Origin: an uncultured Thermoplasmata archaeon
Lineage (GTDB): Archaea > Thermoplasmatota > Thermoplasmata > Lutacidiplasmatales > UBA184
DNA length: 64,000 bases
Assembly (NCBI GenBank): GCA_963804525.1
Contig: CAWDQO010000003.1
Span: 16,687-80,686 of the forward strand
Reading direction: 5' to 3'
A program made the position numbers and the translations under genes. The notes beneath the pieces are model-generated. The model was not told the origin of the DNA. It worked only from the letters and a program-made list of their open reading frames with translations, and did no database searches. Every line of letters starts with the position of its first letter. The stretch's first letter is position 1. Positions 9,799-16,262 of the stretch are shown one piece after another.

Positions 9799-10730
9799 GC
9801 GGAGCGGGCCAGCGGCCGACGCTCCTCCTCGCGGGAGGCGGGGGCGGCCTCCTCGGGCGGGCCATCCTCGACGAGTTCGCTTCCGGCTGGAAGTTCCGGT
9901 CCGTCCATCGACGTCCCGGGCCGCGAGAGGCGAACCACGCCGTCGAGGTGGTCCGCGCCGACCTCGCCGCGGTCCCGGACCTCGATCGATTGCTCGAAGG
10001 CGTCGATGCCGTCGTCAACGTTGCCTGGTACCGCTGGGGGTCCGAGCGGCGATTCCGAATCCTCTCCGATGGCCTCGGACGGCTCCTTGCCGCCGCCCGT
10101 CGGCGCCACGTTCCGTTCGTCCAGGTCAGCGTCCCACCGGCACCGGCGCACCTCGAAACCGGGATCCCCTACCTGACGTACAAGCGGCGCTTCGACGAGG
10201 CGGTCCGGACGAGCGGGCTTTCGTATGCCATCGTCCGGCCGACGCTGATGTTCGCCCGCGACGACGTCCTCCTTGGCGTGATGTTGCGGACGGTGCGGAG
10301 GTACCCGTTCTTCCCGATGTTCGGGGACGGGGCCTACCGGATCAGCCCCGTCGCCGCCGCCGATGTCGCGCGGCTCATCCAGACGCTCGCGCTCGACCCG
10401 CCGAATGCCACGGTCGACGTCGGGGGGCCCGCGGCGTACCGGTACCGCGATGTCACGGACCGGATGTTCGCCCTCGTGGGAAAGCGTCCGCGGTACTGGC
10501 ACCTTTCCCCCCGCGCCGGGGTCCGCCTCGCCACGCTCTCCCAATCGCTCGGTTCCTCCCTCCTCTACGCCTACGAAGTCGAGTGGCTCCTCTCCGACAC
10601 CCTCGCGTTGCCGCCGTCCCCCCGCGTGGACTGGCCGATGCGCCGGGTCGAGCCGTACCTTCGCGACGAGGCAGAGCGGCTCACGGGGCGTCCGGTGCCC
10701 GACCTCGGTCCGCTCGCGGGTCAACCGTAA
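9795..10730 (+). CDS. NAD(P)-binding Rossmann protein (NmrA / atypical SDR epimerase-like)
   Basis: The ATG overlaps the lipB stop (ATGA). The N-terminal glycine motif is LLLAGGGGGLLGRAI, and downstream PYLTYKR provides a YxxxK-like element. Confidence 0.75.
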   Translation: MSGAGQRPTLLLAGGGGGLLGRAILDEFASGWKFRSVHRRPGPREANHAVEVVRADLAAVPDLDRLLEGVDAVVNVAWYRWGSERRFRILSDGLGRLLAAARRRHVPFVQVSVPPAPAHLETGIPYLTYKRRFDEAVRTSGLSYAIVRPTLMFARDDVLLGVMLRTVRRYPFFPMFGDGAYRISPVAAADVARLIQTLALDPPNATVDVGGPAAYRYRDVTDRMFALVGKRPRYWHLSPRAGVRLATLSQSLGSSLLYAYEVEWLLSDTLALPPSPRVDWPMRRVEPYLRDEAERLTGRPVPDLGPLAGQP

Positions 10731-10762
10731 CTTTAAGGTCCGGACCCGACCATCAAATCGCG

Positions 10763-11712
10763 ATGGAAGCCGCCGACCTCACGCGCCGGATGAATGAGTT
10801 CTACCAAGTCGCGAGCGAAGTTCTGCGGGACGTCCAGGACATCACCGACCAGCAGATCAAGCACTGGATCGTCAACCCGTTCCTGATCACCCTCGGCTGG
10901 GACCCGCACGACAAGAAGCAGGTGTTCCTCGATTTCCCCGTCAAGTCCGACGGGGGCCACGCCGACTACGCCCTCCTCGACCTTGCCGGGCGGGCCCGGA
11001 TGATCCTCGAGGTCGGCGGAGGCAAGGAGACGATCGCGAAGGCGGAGGAGGCGGGCCGGAAGGCGAAGTTGCTCGGCGCGCCGCTCGCGCTCATCACGAA
11101 CGGCCAGGAGTTCTCGCTCTGGTTCATCGGCGGCGACGAACCGGCGACCCCGCTGTTCGTCCTCCCGCTCAAGGAGCTCGCCGAGAACGCGGAAGCGCTC
11201 CTCGGTCTCACGGTGGAGTACCCGGCTGAGCGAGACCGGGATCAACCAGCTGCGGAAGAGCGCGATCCGGCTCGCCGTCCTCCAGATGCTCGAGGAGAAC
11301 TCGGAGAAGACGTTCGACGCGATGGTCAACTGGGTCCAATCCCAGGTCGCCCCCGGCGCCCTCGACGAGACGACCGAGAACGCGATCCGGGACGCGACGA
11401 TGATCTGGCTCACCGAGGAGCACCTGACGATGCCCGCGTTCTCCGGCTCGGGTGACGCGAAGCGGCCCCACGAGCTCCACCCGACGAACGCCCGCGACTG
11501 GGAGGCGTTCCCGAAGGGGCCGGTCGGGACGTTCCAGGTACAAGTACGACGCGACGAAGACCCTCGACCTCCGGCAGAGCCCGAAGGAAGTGAAGGCGGC
11601 GCTCCGGGTGCAGGGGCTTCGGACTCCGACGGCGACAGCGTTCGGCGGGTTCTACTACGCTCTCCGGCAGCGGGCCGGTCTCCCGACGGGATCGTCCGGA
11701 CCGGCCGCGTAA
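10763..11712 (+). CDS. HsdR_N-like (PD-(D/E)xK fold) domain protein, frame broken twice
   Basis: The N-terminal part reads IKHWIVNPFLITLGWDPHDKK...GGHADYALLD...RMILEVGGG...LALITNGQEF, which resembles the type I restriction R-subunit N-terminal domain. Continuation needs +1 shifts at about 11222 (CCC run) and about 11537 (CCAGGTAC). The protein-like text continues across all three frames and ends at 11712. Confidence 0.6.
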
Positions 11713-11894
11713 GTCCCGAGGGGCTCCGCGAACCGCCTCCCCGGGCCGCGGACGCGTTCGACCTCCCCGAGACCTCGCTTCCGAAGCGACCCGTCCCCAC
11801 CGGTTGGGGACCGGAAGGTGCCGGCCGTCCCGGGACCGGGTGGCGCGACCCACGACCCGTCGGGGGGTGGGTGGTCCCGCTCGGGGGACTCCGC

Positions 11895-12722
11895 CTAGGT
11901 CGACGCCTTCCAGGTCACCTTGAAGCTGGTGCCGGCCGCGCTCATCGCCGTGGGAACGGAAAGGACCTTGGACTTGGCATCGACCAGCGTGAACTCGAAC
12001 AGGTAGGGGTACGCTCCCATCCCCTTCGAGGTCCCGTTGATCTTCGCGACGTTGGTCCCGGCCACGTGGGTGAACGACTTCCCGAACGCGACGGTGCCGA
12101 AATTGGCGAGCGGGGCGATCTTTCCATGGAGGACCCCGAAGCCGGTCACGCCGAGCGCCACGATCGAGAGCCGCGAGGTCGACGGCCTTGCCTTCGTAAC
12201 GCTGTGGCTGCCGACGGCGACCACGATCTTCAGGCTGCCGGACTTGTGGGTGATCGTCACTTTCACGATCGCGCCCGGGGAAACGGGGATGGTCGCGGTC
12301 GGGACCTTGGTCACGATCGAGGTGCCGTTGGAGTAGGAGAAGACGTAGAACGCGAACGCCGAGAGGACGCCCGCCGTGCAGTTCACGGCGGTTCCCCCGA
12401 TCGCGGCGATGGAGCTCCCCGAGGCGAACGCGTCGAACAGGACGGAGGTGTTCTTCGTCGTGCAGTTGACGTGGGGTTCGATCCACGACGTGTTGAACGC
12501 GGTGACGGAGCCGTTCGGGGAGAGCCCTCCCTCGTAGCCGGCGGTCCCGGTCGAGTTGAGCTTCAGGGTCGTGGCCGGGAGCGGGACGGCCGCAAGGGCC
12601 GTCGATTGGGCCGGTGGTGCGTACGGCGCGAGGCCGACGGTCGAGCCGAGGGCGGTCGGAATGAGGAGAGCAGAGACAGCTACGATCGCGGCGAGCGCCA
12701 GGACCCCGGTAAATGCGCGCAT
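11895..12722 (-). CDS. Secreted sequon-rich beta-sandwich protein, possibly peptidase G1/A4-like fold
   Basis: The start is the internal ATG at codon 35 of ORF 11895..12824. The signal peptide is MRAFTGVLALAAIVAVSALLIPTALG. The order of motifs (AGYEG, VTAF..W..P.V, AAIGG, VSPGAIVKVTI, ANFGTVAF) loosely tracks glutamic peptidases, but I do not see the Gln/Glu dyad. Confidence 0.7.
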   Translation of the reverse strand: MRAFTGVLALAAIVAVSALLIPTALGSTVGLAPYAPPAQSTALAAVPLPATTLKLNSTGTAGYEGGLSPNGSVTAFNTSWIEPHVNCTTKNTSVLFDAFASGSSIAAIGGTAVNCTAGVLSAFAFYVFSYSNGTSIVTKVPTATIPVSPGAIVKVTITHKSGSLKIVVAVGSHSVTKARPSTSRLSIVALGVTGFGVLHGKIAPLANFGTVAFGKSFTHVAGTNVAKINGTSKGMGAYPYLFEFTLVDAKSKVLSVPTAMSAAGTSFKVTWKAST

Positions 12723-12880
12723 CGGCGTTCGCCACCCGAGCCCCCCGTTTGAACCTATGGGCGTCGTCTGCGATTTGAGAAGGCGCCGCAACACCGGACC
12801 GCCGAGGGCCGCTCCTCGCCGCATGGGCGGGGCCGGGCCGGCAGCGAGGCGGACTCGAGCGCGAATTGGTCCCGGCGGCC

Positions 12881-13945
12881 CTACGTGGCGGTGCGGACCG
12901 GCCAGGTCCGGACGCCGCCCGGCTCGAGGGAAAAGTCGACGACCCGACCTCCCGCCGCCGTGACCGCCTTCGCGACGTTCGCCCGGCGCTCGAAGTCGCA
13001 GAACAGGAGGATGTACCCTCCCCCGCCGGAGCCGACGAGCTTGCCGCCGAGCGCCCCGGCGTCCCGCGCGTGCCGGTAGAACGAGTCGATCTGGTCGTTG
13101 GAGATCCCGTCAGTGAACTGCTTCTTCAGTTGCCACCCCTCGTCGAGCAGGCGTCCCATCTCGTCGATGTTGCCGCGCAGGAGCTCGTTCTTCATGTCGA
13201 CCGCGAGCCGTTTCGTGGCATCGAGGGCGTCGACGGTCGAGCGGCGCTTCTCGGCGTAGCTCGCCTGCTGCCGGGCGATGATGTCGTTCGAGTAGTGGCT
13301 CGTGCCGGTGTAGCAGAGGAGGAGCCGGTAGGCGAGCTCGTTCGTCACCTCCGGTCCGATCCGCAGAGGGTTGACGATCGTCTGGGAGCCGTTGAACTCC
13401 ATGAAGTTGAACCCGCCGAAGGCCGCGGCGTACTGGTCCTGCCGTCCACCCTTCATCCCGAGCTCCTCCCGTTCGATCCGGTACGCGAGCTCGGCGACCT
13501 CGTAGGGGGTCCACGGCTCCCGGAGGAACTGCTGGAACAGCCCGACGAGGGCGACGCACATCGTCGAGGAGCTTCCGAGTCCCGTCCCGGGCGGCGCATC
13601 CGAATGCAGGAAGAGTTCGAGCGCCCGGAGGCCGTTCCCCCGCTCGGTCGGGCGGATGAGTCGGAGGGCCGCCTTGACGAGGTCGAGCTCCCCGTTGTAC
13701 ACGAGGTCCTCCTCCTTCGCGTAGTCGTGCCGGACGTTGTAGTCGAGCGAGTGCACCGTCGTGGTCGTTTCGGTCGCCTCGCGGGCCTGGAGAGTGGCAT
13801 ACGCGAACTTGTCGATCGTGCAGTTCAGGACCGCCCCGCCCTTCTCCTCCGGGTACGGGGAGACGTCGGTGCCGCCTCCGGCGAAGCTGATCCGCAGCGG
13901 CGCCTTCGAGCGGAAGATGGGCATCGGGCCCCGGACCTCCGCCAC
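12881..13945 (-). CDS. GHMP-family sugar kinase (COG2605, heptose-7-P / fucose kinase-like)
   Basis: Motifs are RISFAGGGTDV, the GHMP motif PPGTGLGSSST, GGRQDQYAAAFGG and GSGGGGY. The start may instead be the ATG at 13924. Confidence 0.85.
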   Translation of the reverse strand: MAEVRGPMPIFRSKAPLRISFAGGGTDVSPYPEEKGGAVLNCTIDKFAYATLQAREATETTTTVHSLDYNVRHDYAKEEDLVYNGELDLVKAALRLIRPTERGNGLRALELFLHSDAPPGTGLGSSSTMCVALVGLFQQFLREPWTPYEVAELAYRIEREELGMKGGRQDQYAAAFGGFNFMEFNGSQTIVNPLRIGPEVTNELAYRLLLCYTGTSHYSNDIIARQQASYAEKRRSTVDALDATKRLAVDMKNELLRGNIDEMGRLLDEGWQLKKQFTDGISNDQIDSFYRHARDAGALGGKLVGSGGGGYILLFCDFERRANVAKAVTAAGGRVVDFSLEPGGVRTWPVRTAT

Positions 13946-14003
13946 CGCCTTAACGGTGCCGCGACGGAGGTCGAGTTATCGTCCCGAGCGCGATAACACG
14001 TCG

Positions 14004-14576
14004 GTGGCGCGGTACCCTCCCGGCCCGAAGCTGACGGTCGACGCGTTCTGGGTGTCCCGGGGGCGCCTCCTCCTCGTCCTCCGCGCGCGGGAGCCGTTCC
14101 GAGGGACGTGGGCGCTCCCCGGCGGGTTCGTCGAGGCAGCGGAATCGGTCGAGGATGCCGTGGTCCGGGAACTCCGAGAGGAGACCGGACTTCGGGCCCG
14201 GACCGTCGGGCTCGTCGGGGTCTACTCCCAACCCGGCCGCGACCCGCGGGGACCGACGGCCAGCGTCGTATTCCGGATCGGCCGGGCGCACCGGAGCCCC
14301 GTCGGCGGGGACGACGCCGCCGAGGCGCGGTGGTGGCCGGTCGAGGAGATTCCGGAGCTCGCGTTCGACCACGCGACGATCGTGCGGGACGGCTTGGCCG
14401 TCGTTACGCCGAAGACGACCCGGCGACCGCCGGTTCGTACACGGAAAGCCGCGCGAGGTGGACCCCCGCGAGGACCGCCCACAGCAGGATCGGGGCGACG
14501 ACGAGCCGCTCCATTCCGCCCGGACCGAGGGCGAAGGAGTGACCCGACGCGAAGAGCCCGATGGCCACGAGAGTAA
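14004..14576 (+). CDS. NUDIX hydrolase
   Basis: The NUDIX box is GGFVEAAESVEDAVVRELREETGL. I chose the GTG start because upstream starts would overlap the divergent kinase gene. The C-terminal 57 codons are R/P-rich and overlap the convergent DUF998 gene. Confidence 0.75.
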   Translation: MARYPPGPKLTVDAFWVSRGRLLLVLRAREPFRGTWALPGGFVEAAESVEDAVVRELREETGLRARTVGLVGVYSQPGRDPRGPTASVVFRIGRAHRSPVGGDDAAEARWWPVEEIPELAFDHATIVRDGLAVVTPKTTRRPPVRTRKAARGGPPRGPPTAGSGRRRAAPFRPDRGRRSDPTRRARWPRE

Positions 14577-15060
14577 CGACCCCCGAGAGGAACGTGTAGG
14601 CCCGGAGCCCCTGCCAGCGGGTGTCCCGGGACATCGCGAGGGCGAGGAACAGGAGGGCGACCGCCGACCCCAGGAACGTGACGAGGGAGACGACCGAGTG
14701 GATCCCGGAGAACGGCCAGCTGGAACCCTCGGGGAACGTCCCGACCGCGATCGCCCCCAGCTCGGCGACGAGGAGGGCGCCGAGACCGACGTGGGTGGTC
14801 GTCTTGCTCGCGAAGGCGGTCCGGACCAACACGGTTCCGAGGATCCCGAGGAGCCCGAGAAGGCGGATCGAGTCGTTGAAGAGCCACGCCCAGGGGGACA
14901 TCGAGCTCCCCAGGTCGCTGATGTAGTTCCCGGTGTCGCTGTAGCCGGGATAGTACAGCTGGACCACGATCATCGCGGCGACGAACTGGACCGAGCCGGC
15001 CGCGAGGAGCAGTCCCCCCAGCCGGGCGGAGCGACGAACCAAGGGGCCGAACGTGGTCAC
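14404..15060 (-). CDS. DUF998-like polytopic membrane protein
   Basis: There are six to seven hydrophobic spans. YISDLG lies after TM1, as in DUF998 proteins. Confidence 0.7.
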   Translation of the reverse strand: MTTFGPLVRRSARLGGLLLAAGSVQFVAAMIVVQLYYPGYSDTGNYISDLGSSMSPWAWLFNDSIRLLGLLGILGTVLVRTAFASKTTTHVGLGALLVAELGAIAVGTFPEGSSWPFSGIHSVVSLVTFLGSAVALLFLALAMSRDTRWQGLRAYTFLSGVVTLVAIGLFASGHSFALGPGGMERLVVAPILLWAVLAGVHLARLSVYEPAVAGSSSA

Positions 15061-15087
15061 GGGGTCGCCCGCCCGCCCGGAACCCGG

Positions 15088-15231
15088 TCAGTCCCGTCGG
15101 GCGTTGCGTTCGTACGACGCGTCGCTCGTCCGCTTGAGGCGGGCGCCGTCGCGGTCGCAGATCGGCTTGTTCGTCGGCGAAACATCCATGACGTACCCCC
15201 CGCCGCACTTCGGACACTCGTAATAGGCCAT
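15088..15231 (-). CDS. 47-aa Cys-knuckle mini-protein (below the ORF-track size cutoff)
   Basis: My translation is MAYYECPKCGGGYVMDVSPTNKPICDRDGARLKRTSDASYERNARRD. GAGG lies 9 nt upstream of the ATG. The ORF sits 27 nt upstream of, and co-directional with, the DUF998 gene. Confidence 0.5.
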   Translation of the reverse strand: MAYYECPKCGGGYVMDVSPTNKPICDRDGARLKRTSDASYERNARRD

Positions 15232-15260
15232 GGTTTTCCTCGACGGGGCTAGGACGGCGC

Positions 15261-15268
15261 TATATAAA
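15261..15268. promoter_or_regulatory. Shared TATA element (TATATAAA) between divergent genes
   Basis: The element is about 24 nt from GTG 15288 on the plus strand and about 33 nt from ATG 15231 on the minus strand. It is the only AT-rich element in the 56-nt spacer. Confidence 0.55.
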
Positions 15269-15287
15269 GCCCCTAGCTCGGCCGGTC

Positions 15288-16226
15288 GTGCCCTCGAGCT
15301 CGAAGCGGGTGGGTGGGCTCACCGTTCGTCGGGGCCCCCGAGCGGCAGCGCCCATTCCTCCCCCCGCACCTCCCGCGCGGTTTCGGCACCTCGACCGTTA
15401 CCGGGTCGATCGGGAGTGGAACCGGTACGAAGGAACGGCGCAACGGGAACTGTTCCGGACCCTGCGGGAGCGATTTCTCGCCCGGCACGCCGCGGACCAC
15501 GGGTGGGTGGTCGACATCGGGTCCGGGTCGGGGCGATTCACGCCGCGGCTCGGGGGCCCGGGCTGCCGAACGGTCGCGGTAGACCTCTCGGCCGAGATGC
15601 TCCGAGCCGTCCCGGACCATTGGCCCGCGGACCTCGACCGCCCCGAGCGAGTCCGCGCGGACGGCCGCAGGCCCCCGGGACGGTCCGGCTCCACGGCGGC
15701 CGTCGCGATCCTCGGGAATGCGGTGGGGTTCGCCGGGGCGGACGCTCTCGAACTGCTCGGCCAGTGCGCCGACCTCGTCGCTGTGGGCGGACGAATTCTC
15801 ATCGAGGCGGCCCCCGGCCCCGGAACGACGGCCCGATACCTCCATCGGCTCCCGCCGGGGGCCGTCCGCCGGCTGTTGCACGCGCCGCTCGGCGCCGTGG
15901 CGCCGCGGGTCCTCCGGGAGGGGTTCGTCACCCGGGAGTCGGAGGACCGGACCCGTCACGGGTTTCGACCGCTCTCCTTCCGCGCGATCTCTGCCCGCCT
16001 CGGGACGGTCGGGTTCGACGTCGCCGAGGCGACGGCGGTCGCCCCCGCGCTCGGCGCCGAACCGGACCGGCTGGAGGAGATCCGGGCCGACCCGGTCGCG
16101 TGGGGCCGACTCCTCGACCTCGAGGAGCGGCTCGGCGCATCGCCGCTGGTCCGGGACCGGGCGTCCGCCCTTCTGGTGGCCGCGGTCCGACCGGGCCCGG
16201 CCGCCGAAAAGCCAGCAATTAAGTAA
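15288..16226 (+). CDS. Class I SAM-dependent methyltransferase
   Basis: Motif I is VVDIGSGSGRF, the post-I acidic motif is AVDLS, and GGRILIE lies downstream. Confidence 0.8.
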   Translation: MPSSSKRVGGLTVRRGPRAAAPIPPPAPPARFRHLDRYRVDREWNRYEGTAQRELFRTLRERFLARHAADHGWVVDIGSGSGRFTPRLGGPGCRTVAVDLSAEMLRAVPDHWPADLDRPERVRADGRRPPGRSGSTAAVAILGNAVGFAGADALELLGQCADLVAVGGRILIEAAPGPGTTARYLHRLPPGAVRRLLHAPLGAVAPRVLREGFVTRESEDRTRHGFRPLSFRAISARLGTVGFDVAEATAVAPALGAEPDRLEEIRADPVAWGRLLDLEERLGASPLVRDRASALLVAAVRPGPAAEKPAIK

Positions 16227-16262
16227 CGGACGACGCCCTGTTTCTATCCACAGGGACGTCGC

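Noticed and set aside
11200-11560. Programmed ribosomal frameshifting as the explanation for the frame breaks.
   Set aside because: The breaks go in both directions (+1 and -1). They lack slippery heptamers or downstream pseudoknots. They mostly fall in mononucleotide runs and affect unrelated genes, including glucokinase. Indel error, or less likely true mutation, is more parsimonious.
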